Shown: piece after piece, positions 19,013 through 28,602 of the stretch
Numbering within the stretch: the stretch's first letter is position 1
How the letters are laid out: each line of letters begins with the position of its first letter
Source: a virus
Reading direction: 5' to 3' (one strand)
DNA length: 64,000 bases
Virus record (IMG/VR): IMGVR_UViG_3300034045_000019
Notes under the pieces: generated by a model
The model's input: only the letters and a program-made list of their open reading frames with translations
What the model was told of the DNA's origin: nothing
Database searches by the model: none
Program-made: the position numbers and the translations under genes

Positions 19013-20194
19013 ATGATTACTAATTTAAACACATGGAAGAAAAAAATTAATGAGTCGGTCAACACTGTAGATAAATCAAAATTTGAGGAGCTAATTAAAT
19101 TAGGTAGATCAATGTTAAATGATCACAAAAAATTGGCTGAAATAAAAGCTTTAAAAAAAGTTGAAAACAAAAAAGTTAAAAACTTATTAGAATTGATTGA
19201 TAAAACATCAGTTATTGCAAATGATACATTAATAGAAGTATTTAAACCATACAAAAGTAAACGATTTAATTCAAAAGAATATTTTGAATTTGTTGAAAAC
19301 TCAATTGGTGTTATTGGTAAAGATTTTAAAGAATTATCCGACACAATAAAAGCAGCTAGTACGAAAATAACTACGGCTACAGTTACTATTAGAAAAAATA
19401 AAAATACAAAAGGCAAGGAAACTGGAACACTTAAGATGAATGAAAACAAATTAATGGATTTATTAAAGTCTGTAGTTAATTGGTTTTCTAAACAAATTAA
19501 GAAAATAATTAATAAAATAAATAAAGATTTAGCATCGATTAATAAAAAAGCGGAAAAATTTAATAAAATGGCATTGAACGAATCATCTGAAAATAATGAC
19601 GATTCAGAATTAACCCCGCGAGAAAAAAGAAATAAATACTCACGTGAATATAAATTAAAAAAACGTGCCCCGATACAAGTTTTAAAACGTGCTAAGAAGG
19701 CAATTAAATTAGCTGAACAAGAAAAATATTATACTGATTTAGTTGAATCAAAAGAAGAGAGAATTAAAGAATTATTAATTGAGTTTGACGCAAAATCAGT
19801 AGCAATAGATGATAAAATATTAACACTTGTGAATACACCTGAAAAAACAACTGTTGATGTTGAAACATATAAAAAACAGATGTTAAACGCTGAGATTGTT
19901 GGTGGTTCAGTCGCTAAAATGACACAAGCATTAATTGCAATACATGAAAAATATTTTGAAGTCTCTGGGAGTGTTAGACACTTTCATAATAACTCAGACG
20001 AAGAAGATAATTTAGGAGACGGGTCATTTGACGGCCGATTTGATTGGGAACAAAAGAAAGTTGTGCGTAAAGATAAAGATGCAAATGAAAGTTTTGTTTC
20101 AAATATTAAATCATTCTTTAAAAAAGTAGGAAGGTTTATAATGTCGTTTAAAAAAGCGTCAAAAGAATTTGACAAAGCGTTAAACTCGATTTAA
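19013..20194 (+). CDS. Coiled-coil hypothetical protein, putative internal head protein
   Basis: MITNLNTWKKKINES N-terminus; internal xNES/xNEN junctions; AATATATAA at 18987-18995. Confidence 0.75.
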   Translation: MITNLNTWKKKINESVNTVDKSKFEELIKLGRSMLNDHKKLAEIKALKKVENKKVKNLLELIDKTSVIANDTLIEVFKPYKSKRFNSKEYFEFVENSIGVIGKDFKELSDTIKAASTKITTATVTIRKNKNTKGKETGTLKMNENKLMDLLKSVVNWFSKQIKKIINKINKDLASINKKAEKFNKMALNESSENNDDSELTPREKRNKYSREYKLKKRAPIQVLKRAKKAIKLAEQEKYYTDLVESKEERIKELLIEFDAKSVAIDDKILTLVNTPEKTTVDVETYKKQMLNAEIVGGSVAKMTQALIAIHEKYFEVSGSVRHFHNNSDEEDNLGDGSFDGRFDWEQKKVVRKDKDANESFVSNIKSFFKKVGRFIMSFKKASKEFDKALNSI

Positions 20195-20219
20195 TAAAAA
20201 ATAGTATCAAAAAAAAGAT

Positions 20220-20246
20220 ATGGGACGTACATACGTCCCATTTTTA
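20220..20246 (+). terminator. Intrinsic terminator
   Basis: ATGGGACG-TACATA-CGTCCCAT followed by TTTT. Confidence 0.75.
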
Positions 20247-20250
20247 TATT

Positions 20251-20388
20251 ATGACGAATGATGAAATAAAAAAAGAGATAATGAAGTATCAAGATAAAAT
20301 TGATACATCGATTTTATCTGGCTGTGTGTCTTTAAGTAAAAAATACAAAGACCACATTATAAAACTAAAGAAATTATTAGACACCTAA
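20251..20388 (+). CDS. Small hypothetical protein (45 aa, not in ORF track)
   Basis: MTNDEIKKEIMKYQDKIDTSILSGCVSLSKKYKDHIIKLKKLLDT, translated by hand. Confidence 0.5.
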   Translation: MTNDEIKKEIMKYQDKIDTSILSGCVSLSKKYKDHIIKLKKLLDT

Positions 20389-20431
20389 AATCAAGTTTAA
20401 TTATATATAATTATATAATAAACATTTTAAT

Positions 20432-23400
20432 ATGAGCATATCATTACTACGAGCAAACCCTGCATTAACAACTAACATTAAATTGGTAGTTGATTCTGAA
20501 TATAATTTATATTTAGAATCATATTCAGTAAATACTGAATTAAGTAATGATAAATATAAAAAGTATTTAATTAATAGCGAAGTATTTTTGTCTGAACGAA
20601 TAGCGTCGTTTTATAAAGGTTTACCTGCTGATATTGCATATGACGTCAATAATGTTATAAAATCAGATACAGCGCAAAACACGTTTGACAAACAATATGA
20701 TGATATTTATTATAGTGGGCCACGTATAGTTGAAGACACTAGATATAAAGAAGAATTTCAGTATAATACTACATTAAAAATAAATCCAAGAAAATTACCA
20801 AAATATTTTTTCATATTTAGAATAGATGATGCTGGTATTATTAGTTTAGATGAAACTAATGTCATGGATGTTTTAACGGATTTAAAAGTTACGCAAGTAT
20901 ATGATTTAACCCCTAATACGGAATTTGGAAAATTATGGAAAAAGAACTATATAACCGATGACCAAATATTACCTTCGCCGTTATATATAAATTTAAAACC
21001 GTTTGAATTTAGTAAATTTAACGGCTATAATTATACAAGTGGCGGAACTATTTCTAAATCTGTATTTTTAGATGATATATTTTTAAAACAGCGCACAGAT
21101 TTTCAATTAGAAGAGTTTTTAACAAAAACATTTAAAACTAAAAATGTTATATCTTCAAATTATAGTAATGTGTCATTTTTATTTAATGATACTATTACTG
21201 GAATGTTTATAAAAGGCGTAACTTATCGAACTGATGAATATCCGGTTATAAAACAATTAATAAAGCGTGAAATTATAACAGCCGAAGATTATATAGAAAA
21301 TACAACACCAACATCATCGGGAGTAGTAGAATATACATTTTTAAAAAATGTGCCATATAAAAAAAGTTGGACATTAAATAGATATACTGGATTTTACGTT
21401 GATAATTTAATTCGTATTGATAAAATATCATCATTTATTAGTACTGATTTAAAATATGGTGAAAATATAGTAATAACTAATAATGTGTTTAAACAGTCTG
21501 GGAATAATATTAATCCATTTTTGACTATAATAAATGAGAATGACCCGGTATTTATAAAAATTAAAGACACATTTTATTTAGTTGAACATAATAGCAATGA
21601 TGAATATATCATTATATCAGATACAAAATTCAATGACACACTTGATAATATTATTGACCAACAACAAAAACCGGTTAAAATAGTTATCGATGAAGTATCA
21701 CCAACAATAGGTCATTACCCCATAATATTTAACAGTGATAACACATTGTATCAATCTGATTTACTAGATAAATATATAGAACAATCAACATCCGCACAAA
21801 GTATTTTGGTAGTTAAAATTAAGAATGAATTTATTAGAATAAAAAAAGATAGTGCAACAGGTAAAATATATTTATATACTGATAAATATATTGAAGTTGG
21901 ACCAAATAAGATTATCAGGAAAAAAGTGACGGCAAATACGTTAACTGAAGAAATTACATCATTAAAAGTGTTAATAAAAGACAATGATATTACTTATTTT
22001 GATGTATATTTGTTACAATTTACTAAAGTTGGTGATTGGGATTTTGATAGAGTTAATACAGGCTATTCTAAAATTGAAAATGATAAAAATGATGAAGTAT
22101 CATATAATAGACCAGGTGCATATGAAATTGATGTAAATTCAACCACAATACCAAAAAAGTTTTATACAGAAAAAAAATATAATATAATAAACAGTGTTAC
22201 TGGTCTACCTATATTAAATCACCCGTTTAAGTTGCCGTTGTCTAGCGAATATGGCGCAAGCGGTGATCTATATGTTTTGGATAATAAAAATGAATTAACT
22301 AAAATATGGGATATTAACCAAACTATACTAAAATGGGGATATTCTGGGTCTGTTAATAATTCGTCATATCCATATAAAATATCAAATAGTGTTGTATCTG
22401 GCGAATTTAATTTTACACCTAATATGTATGTCCCAGCGGTTGATAGACAAAATATGAATTTAGATTGGTTTTACACTATTGGAAGGCCATTGGTGAATAA
22501 TATATTTAACAATATACCCATAACAAATATTATAAATAGAACATTAAATTTAGACGTTACTAATTATGGTTCAAGCTTAGAAAGTGCATATAAATTTGAC
22601 GTAGATTATTATAAAAACCCAAATACTAATTTTGATTATTTTTCATATATATTTGATGCCCCGGTTGTGCTAGAAAATAATGGTAAATATAACCATATAA
22701 ACAAATATGCTGTATTTAATACAAATGATGGTGTTAACGGTTCAAATGTATTTTTACGTGGGTTAAATTTATATTTTAAATATGTAAAACTAGATGATCC
22801 TAATAGATTAGAAAAATACACAACAGAACCTGGCGATATTACTGATTATAAATTTGCAACATTATTTAATGCAAGATACACAGAAGACACATCATTACAT
22901 GGTACATCTGGTATAGAACTAATATTGAATAAAAAATATAAAAATTTATTAATAAATATATTTATTTATACTGCGCCAGGTGAGTACACGTCGTTAGATT
23001 ACCGAAATAGAGATGATATATATGACGAAGGTATTATACAATACACAGTGTATGATAATATTAGCGGTACTTATAACTGGAATAACAGCGATATTACAAT
23101 GAATATGTTGACAATAAATAATATTGTAAATATATTAAAAACACATAAAACTGATGATTTTACAAATGGTATTAAATATACTATTGTTGAAGATATTGAA
23201 TTATATGATATTAATAGTATAAATGTAAATGGAACTGAATTAGAAATAGAAATAGACAATAATGTCTTTAAAGACGGGGAATGGATATTTTTAGATAACT
23301 CTCCGTATACATACAATTTACAAATAATTAGAAAAATTGGTAATAACATAGTTGTAGTTAGACCTAATGCTATTTTATCTATACCATCGTTGTCTGTTGT

Positions 23401-24295
23401 TAAAGCTAGAAAAGAGAAATCTATTATGCCATTTATGTTGAAGCCAATTGATGCTGATAATATAAAAATTGACAACAAATTCAATATTGTGTTGGGCGAT
23501 GATTCATCTCCTATTATAGCATTAAATAACACAAGAGTTATTAATAATTTAGTAATAACACCAAACCGCGAAGGCATTATCGAAAATGTTTATCATAATA
23601 ACAGTATAATAAGAAGATTAAAACGTGTTGAAAATAATGTTGAATTGACATATAAAGAATTAAAAAAATTAAAATCAATTAAGCGTTGGTCTGGACAATA
23701 TGAACCAATTATATTAAATGTTGAATTATTTAATGTTGTAAAATTAAGGCATTTGAATACTGCAATAGTGAAACAATTACATATAGATAATACAACGTAT
23801 AAAATAAGTTTAGTATATGACATGACAACTATTAATGGTTTTAAGATCAATGTTGGTGATATTATTTATATAGAAAATAACAGTTTTCAATTTTTGTCTA
23901 ATAAAACAACACAAGTATCAAAAGTAACAATATCTGGTAGTTTATTAATTGCCGAAATATTTGATGATTTCGATGTCGCACCAATATTATCAAATATAGA
24001 TTTTACTGGTAATGTTGCACAAGAATTTAAAATTTATATTCACGATGTGCAAGATAAAAATATATATTTTGACACTAACTATCAAAATTTTGGAACAGTT
24101 AAAAATGTTATTGCCGCGAAAGTATATGACACAACAAATCCGATGAGAAGTAACAACTCATTAAACGATACTGGTAATAAATTTCCGATGATTGATGAAC
24201 ACGGTGTTATGAATGTTAATAAAAATATATTTATGTCACCTTGGGATTTGAATTATTATAAATTATTAGCAATAAATAAATATACAACATTATAA
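20432..24295 (+). CDS. Large virion structural protein
   Basis: 1287 aa, beta-rich, palindromic AATTATATATAATT at 20399-20412 upstream. Confidence 0.55.
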   Translation: MSISLLRANPALTTNIKLVVDSEYNLYLESYSVNTELSNDKYKKYLINSEVFLSERIASFYKGLPADIAYDVNNVIKSDTAQNTFDKQYDDIYYSGPRIVEDTRYKEEFQYNTTLKINPRKLPKYFFIFRIDDAGIISLDETNVMDVLTDLKVTQVYDLTPNTEFGKLWKKNYITDDQILPSPLYINLKPFEFSKFNGYNYTSGGTISKSVFLDDIFLKQRTDFQLEEFLTKTFKTKNVISSNYSNVSFLFNDTITGMFIKGVTYRTDEYPVIKQLIKREIITAEDYIENTTPTSSGVVEYTFLKNVPYKKSWTLNRYTGFYVDNLIRIDKISSFISTDLKYGENIVITNNVFKQSGNNINPFLTIINENDPVFIKIKDTFYLVEHNSNDEYIIISDTKFNDTLDNIIDQQQKPVKIVIDEVSPTIGHYPIIFNSDNTLYQSDLLDKYIEQSTSAQSILVVKIKNEFIRIKKDSATGKIYLYTDKYIEVGPNKIIRKKVTANTLTEEITSLKVLIKDNDITYFDVYLLQFTKVGDWDFDRVNTGYSKIENDKNDEVSYNRPGAYEIDVNSTTIPKKFYTEKKYNIINSVTGLPILNHPFKLPLSSEYGASGDLYVLDNKNELTKIWDINQTILKWGYSGSVNNSSYPYKISNSVVSGEFNFTPNMYVPAVDRQNMNLDWFYTIGRPLVNNIFNNIPITNIINRTLNLDVTNYGSSLESAYKFDVDYYKNPNTNFDYFSYIFDAPVVLENNGKYNHINKYAVFNTNDGVNGSNVFLRGLNLYFKYVKLDDPNRLEKYTTEPGDITDYKFATLFNARYTEDTSLHGTSGIELILNKKYKNLLINIFIYTAPGEYTSLDYRNRDDIYDEGIIQYTVYDNISGTYNWNNSDITMNMLTINNIVNILKTHKTDDFTNGIKYTIVEDIELYDINSINVNGTELEIEIDNNVFKDGEWIFLDNSPYTYNLQIIRKIGNNIVVVRPNAILSIPSLSVVKARKEKSIMPFMLKPIDADNIKIDNKFNIVLGDDSSPIIALNNTRVINNLVITPNREGIIENVYHNNSIIRRLKRVENNVELTYKELKKLKSIKRWSGQYEPIILNVELFNVVKLRHLNTAIVKQLHIDNTTYKISLVYDMTTINGFKINVGDIIYIENNSFQFLSNKTTQVSKVTISGSLLIAEIFDDFDVAPILSNIDFTGNVAQEFKIYIHDVQDKNIYFDTNYQNFGTVKNVIAAKVYDTTNPMRSNNSLNDTGNKFPMIDEHGVMNVNKNIFMSPWDLNYYKLLAINKYTTL

Positions 24296-25020
24296 TGAGA
24301 AAATACCCGATAACAAGAGATTTTAAGCATATTGATAAACCTGGTGTGTTAATAATGAATGAACATACTAATATCAATATGGGCAAAATGATGGACATTG
24401 ATGATGAAATTAGAATGTCTTATAGCTTAACAAAAGATAATATATTATTACCGCTTATAAAATTGAATGAAATACATAACACAAGTTATGACAAAATAAA
24501 AAAAGATTCTATATTAGAATTCAAAGTTGCTGATGTGCAAACAGAGAGTGAAAAAGATACGGTTACAAAATGGATAATAAAAATAAATTATAAGCACATA
24601 CTACGTGAATTTTTATACCATGAAATACACACATATAACCCGTATTCAGTTTTTAAAAAAATGGTAAACATTTTACCAGAAAATAGAATAAATGATTACT
24701 GTTACGCTTATATTGATTTTAATATATTAGACAGATATAAAGTAAAAGAAATAATACTATGGACAGAGTATCATGAATTAAAAAGAGATACTGTACCTGG
24801 TACTGGCACTAATACATATAATCCGTTATTAAAGTTATTACGAAAAACACCAATATTTACATATCATGCAATACCGTCACCGGTATTAGATAGTAAAAAA
24901 GAAACAATATCTACTAAGTCATATAATGATGGTACTATAGATATATTATATCAACAAACAAAATCTAGTCAATATTATACATTTTTATACTATTACGATA
25001 TTATATTCGAACGTATATAA
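24295..25020 (+). CDS. Hypothetical protein (probably structural)
   Basis: 241 aa, stop/start overlap with the 1287-aa gene. Confidence 0.7.
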   Translation: MRKYPITRDFKHIDKPGVLIMNEHTNINMGKMMDIDDEIRMSYSLTKDNILLPLIKLNEIHNTSYDKIKKDSILEFKVADVQTESEKDTVTKWIIKINYKHILREFLYHEIHTYNPYSVFKKMVNILPENRINDYCYAYIDFNILDRYKVKEIILWTEYHELKRDTVPGTGTNTYNPLLKLLRKTPIFTYHAIPSPVLDSKKETISTKSYNDGTIDILYQQTKSSQYYTFLYYYDIIFERI

Positions 25021-25046
25021 ACATTTTCAGATGTACGATGTATAAA
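25019..25046 (+). promoter_or_regulatory. Putative phage middle promoter AAAC-N18-TATAAA
   Basis: Directly upstream of the uvsY-uvsW-dam operon. Confidence 0.5.
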
Positions 25047-25050
25047 TTAT

Positions 25051-25548
25051 ATGAGTAAAAAAGCTGCATATAATATTAAATTAAAAAAAATAACGGAAGA
25101 TAAATTAAAAGAATGGAGTAAAAATTTATCAACGTTATCGCCACTTATAAGATCAAAAGATCCACATGATATGAATGACGCACAAGCGTTAGCATTGTCT
25201 TATCGTACGATGATATTAGATGAAATTTCTTATTTTTTAAGTGAACTTGTTTCTGAACAAAAAATAGTAAAAGAACTAAAACGTGATAAATTTATTTTTT
25301 ATTCAACAGGTTTATTGCCAGACGGCACGAGACCTAAAGGCAATATGATTAATCACCCAATTGTTGGAAATTCTAAAATAACTGGCCCACAAAAAGAGCT
25401 AATTATATCTGGTGATTTATCTGATTATTGGCATACAGAACAAATTTTAATACAAACTATTGAGTCATTACGAGAATCAGTTAAAACAATTGATCAATAT
25501 ATGTATGCAATTAAAAATAGAATAGAATTATTTAATATTTTTAAATAA
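25051..25548 (+). CDS. uvsY: UvsY-like recombination mediator
   Basis: Helical protein upstream of uvsW; C-terminus IESLRESVKTIDQYMYAIKNRIEL resembles the UvsY family. Confidence 0.55.
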   Translation: MSKKAAYNIKLKKITEDKLKEWSKNLSTLSPLIRSKDPHDMNDAQALALSYRTMILDEISYFLSELVSEQKIVKELKRDKFIFYSTGLLPDGTRPKGNMINHPIVGNSKITGPQKELIISGDLSDYWHTEQILIQTIESLRESVKTIDQYMYAIKNRIELFNIFK

Positions 25549-25562
25549 TACAATAACATAAT

Positions 25563-26993
25563 ATGAAATTAACTTATTTAGACGAAAAAATAAAAATTGA
25601 AGCTGATTCAAACCAAGAATTGCGTGGAATAAAAAAATGGTTTAATAGATATGTAGAAAATTATATGTTTAGTCCATTATTTAAAAATAAGTTATGGAAC
25701 GGAAAGCGGAGTAGATTTAATGATGAAGAAAGTACTGTGCCAATGGGATTATGGCAAGAAATTTACAAATGTGCTAATGATTTTGGGTATGACATTCAAT
25801 TTACTAACAAAAAAGAATTTCCGTTAAATCGAACAATAAATAAAAAGAAGTTTGAAAAATTTATAATTGATTTTTATGACGGTTACACATATAAAGACGA
25901 AGATTTTAAAGCACGTCCATACCAAATTAGAGTTGCGTACAATATTTTAAAAAACCGTTATTGTAATATAGCAGTTGCAACATCTGGCGGTAAAACTTTT
26001 ATTTACGCGTTAGTATTTTTTTATTTATTAAAAGAAAACAGAGACAGAAAATTTTTACTAATAGTACCATCAAAAACTTTAGTTACTCAATTTTATGATG
26101 ATTTATTAGCGTTTGATTGGAAAAATGAGTTAGATATAAATGTTAAGGAAATTTATGGGGTAGAGGAGAAACCTAGAATAGTATATGAAGATAAAGAAAT
26201 AAATTTATATATTGGCACGTTTCAATCATTATCAAATGCAAAATTATATCCGGCAAAATGGTTTAAACAATTTTATATGGTAACAACAGATGAAGGGCAC
26301 AGGTCAAAAAGTGAATCGTATAAAAAAATATTAAATAAAACAATGAAATCTGCAACATATAGATGGGGCATGTCAGGTTCTTTTCCAGTATCAAGCACAT
26401 ATGAAATGATGGAGATTATGGCAAAAACTGGGCCAGTCGTTGATACAGTGACTGCAAGAGAGTTAATGGACGCTGGATATATAACACAAGTTAAAATAAA
26501 ATCAATATTATTACATCATAATGATTGGGAATTTACTGATTTATTAAGTATAGTATCTCGCAGAGACAGAAAAGCGGCATATGATTTGGAGGTTGAACGT
26601 ATACAAGAATCCCCAGAAAGATTGGTGTTAATAAATGATATAGTATCAAAATGTAAGAGTAATACATTAGTGCTATTTCATAATACTGATTATGGACATA
26701 AACTATTAGAATATTTACAAGAACAAAATAGCGGTTTTATATTTCATTACATAGATGGTAAAATAACAAATAAAAAGCGTAAACCGATTATTGCCGATAT
26801 GGAAGTAACAGCAAAAACAATTGCACCAGTCGAGTATACAATATTAAATTTTGGTGACTTCGAAATTGAAGTTAGATCGTCGTTTAAAATTAAATTAACA
26901 AACGGAGCGCTCAAATTTGCATGTGATATAACAACGAATGATGATGTTGATGATGAATTTATATTAAGTATAAAAGATAAATTCAAACATTAA
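25563..26993 (+). CDS. uvsW: UvsW-like SF2 helicase, N-terminal part (motifs I-IV) plus a non-helicase tail
   Basis: ARPYQ, VATSGGKT, LIVPSKTLVTQ, TDEGH, GMSGS, VLFHNTDYG, YIDG; lacks motifs V-VI; ends CAT TAA C. Confidence 0.92.
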   Translation: MKLTYLDEKIKIEADSNQELRGIKKWFNRYVENYMFSPLFKNKLWNGKRSRFNDEESTVPMGLWQEIYKCANDFGYDIQFTNKKEFPLNRTINKKKFEKFIIDFYDGYTYKDEDFKARPYQIRVAYNILKNRYCNIAVATSGGKTFIYALVFFYLLKENRDRKFLLIVPSKTLVTQFYDDLLAFDWKNELDINVKEIYGVEEKPRIVYEDKEINLYIGTFQSLSNAKLYPAKWFKQFYMVTTDEGHRSKSESYKKILNKTMKSATYRWGMSGSFPVSSTYEMMEIMAKTGPVVDTVTARELMDAGYITQVKIKSILLHHNDWEFTDLLSIVSRRDRKAAYDLEVERIQESPERLVLINDIVSKCKSNTLVLFHNTDYGHKLLEYLQEQNSGFIFHYIDGKITNKKRKPIIADMEVTAKTIAPVEYTILNFGDFEIEVRSSFKIKLTNGALKFACDITTNDDVDDEFILSIKDKFKH

Positions 26994-26994
26994 C

Positions 26995-27093
26995 CAAGAA
27001 TACAATATAATAAATAATATGGCAAGAATTATAGATAAAAGAAAAATAATACGAGACGAAGGGGCGACTAGAATTCTAGTCGCCTCGTATTGA
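26995..27093 (+). CDS. uvsW: UvsW middle segment (+1 frame), QEYNIINNMARIIDKRKIIRDEGATRILVASY*
   Basis: This frame is open 26974-27090, has an ATG at 27019, encodes conserved ILVASY and ends TAT TGA C. Confidence 0.7.
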   Translation, partial: QEYNIINNMARIIDKRKIIRDEGATRILVASY

Positions 27094-27094
27094 C

Positions 27095-27394
27095 GGTACA
27101 TTAAGTACAGGGATTTCAATTAACGCAATAAATAATATAATATTCACTCAAAGCTTTAAAAAAGCACAAGTAATTATACAATCTATAGGTCGTGCATTAC
27201 GTTTACATGCAGATAAAAATACTGCATACATATTTGATTTAGTTGATGTGTTTGCATTTGATGAGTATGCGCAAAAAATTCCAAAAAAATTTAAAAATGT
27301 ATTATATACACACTGGGAAAAACGACTAAAAATATATGATACTGAAGATTACCCACACTCAACAATAAAAATAAATTTAAAAGACCCAAGTTAA
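27095..27394 (+). CDS. uvsW: UvsW C-terminal segment (second +1 frame), helicase motifs V-VI
   Basis: GTLSTGISINAINNIIF...IIQSIGRALRLHADKNTAYIFDLVD; 99 codons with no stop and no in-frame ATG. Confidence 0.85.
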   Translation, partial: GTLSTGISINAINNIIFTQSFKKAQVIIQSIGRALRLHADKNTAYIFDLVDVFAFDEYAQKIPKKFKNVLYTHWEKRLKIYDTEDYPHSTIKINLKDPS

Positions 27395-27397
27395 TAT

Positions 27398-28213
27398 ATG
27401 TATTTAAAAAGCGCATTTAATTATACCGGTGCAAAGTATGCGATATTAGACCAAATTCTACCATACTTTCCAGATAATTCTGAAATAGATTTATTTATAG
27501 ACTTATTTTGTGGCGGAGGCTCAGTATTTATGAATACTAATTATGAAAACATTATCGCCAATGATATTATCACACCATTAATTAAATTTTATAAAGAACT
27601 TGGCAAATGTTCAACATTTGATGAATTAAAATCAAAACTTGACCCGTATATACTTGATAAAACCGACAAAGACGCGTATTACACTGCGCGTAACGAGTTT
27701 AATAAAACTGGTAACCCATTTCAGTTCTTTTGTTTAATACAAAGCAGTATGAGCAATTTAATGAGGTTTAATAAAAGTGGCGGGTTTAACTCAACATATG
27801 GTAAACGTACATATAATCCTCAAACTGAAATAAAATTAAAAGCATATTTTAATAAAAATAAAGAGCTAAATGTTAAATATATGAATGAAGAATTTGATAT
27901 TTTATTAGATAATGCTTTATTATTAGATAAAAAACTATTTGTATATTTAGACCCACCATATTTTATAACAAATGCTGGATATAATACAACATGGAACGTT
28001 GAAAACGAATTGAAATTATATAAATATTTAGATTTATTAAATGATAATGGACATAAATTTATGATGTCTAATGTATCAATACATAAAGATATTGAAAATC
28101 CATATTTAGATAAACTAAAAAAATATAATATAATTAATATTAAACATAATTATAACAAAATAGCTAAAAATAAAGGTGGTAAAACACAAGAGATAATTGT
28201 TATAAATTATTAA
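27398..28213 (+). CDS. dam: DNA adenine methyltransferase (Dam/D12 class)
   Basis: FNYTGAKY, DLFCGGGSV, YLDPPY, FMMSN, EIIVINY. Confidence 0.93.
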   Translation: MYLKSAFNYTGAKYAILDQILPYFPDNSEIDLFIDLFCGGGSVFMNTNYENIIANDIITPLIKFYKELGKCSTFDELKSKLDPYILDKTDKDAYYTARNEFNKTGNPFQFFCLIQSSMSNLMRFNKSGGFNSTYGKRTYNPQTEIKLKAYFNKNKELNVKYMNEEFDILLDNALLLDKKLFVYLDPPYFITNAGYNTTWNVENELKLYKYLDLLNDNGHKFMMSNVSIHKDIENPYLDKLKKYNIINIKHNYNKIAKNKGGKTQEIIVINY

Positions 28214-28270
28214 ATAATAAAAAAAACATTACTGAAATTATTATTTTTTAATATTTATAACTATTATTAA

Positions 28271-28463
28271 ATTCAAAGTACGAGTGTAGGTTAAACGGTA
28301 TCATGAGTAAAGTGACCGGATTATCAAAAATATATGTATTACTGAGCTACCCCATATTATTTATACATATATTTGGATTTAATAGACCTAACATATAATC
28401 AAACTTTTAGATAAGTACTTAGATTATAGACATGCGAATAAGTGCTTACACTCGTTTTTGAAT
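28271..28463. ncRNA. Candidate structured intergenic RNA
   Basis: ~19-bp closing stem 28271-28290/28445-28463 and an internal perfect 12-bp stem 28328-28339/28364-28375; no ORF. Confidence 0.4.
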
Positions 28464-28468
28464 TTTTG

Positions 28469-28510
28469 AAAAAGTTTACTAATCATATACACGATTAGTA
28501 AACTTTTTAT
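28469..28510. terminator. Intrinsic terminator (bidirectional-looking)
   Basis: AAAAAGTTTACTAATC-ATATACAC-GATTAGTAAACTTTTT, perfect 16-bp stem. Confidence 0.8.
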
Positions 28511-28602
28511 TTATGTATAATACGCACGATTGAAAACAATAGGTGTTATTGATTGTATGAAATCATTAAACACCATATAAAAATAAACTAAAATAAAAAA
28601 TT

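Noticed and set aside
26811-27094. Group I/II intron or a functional intein in uvsW
   Set aside because: The conserved ILVASY and GTLSTG are only 4 nt apart; there is no intron core or homing endonuclease, and intein splice-junction residues are missing
28542-28600. preQ1-I riboswitch (hairpin followed by an ATAAAAATAAACTAA-like tail)
   Set aside because: Loop size and sequence do not fit, the tail may just be an A-rich translation leader, and the downstream genes are not queuosine-related
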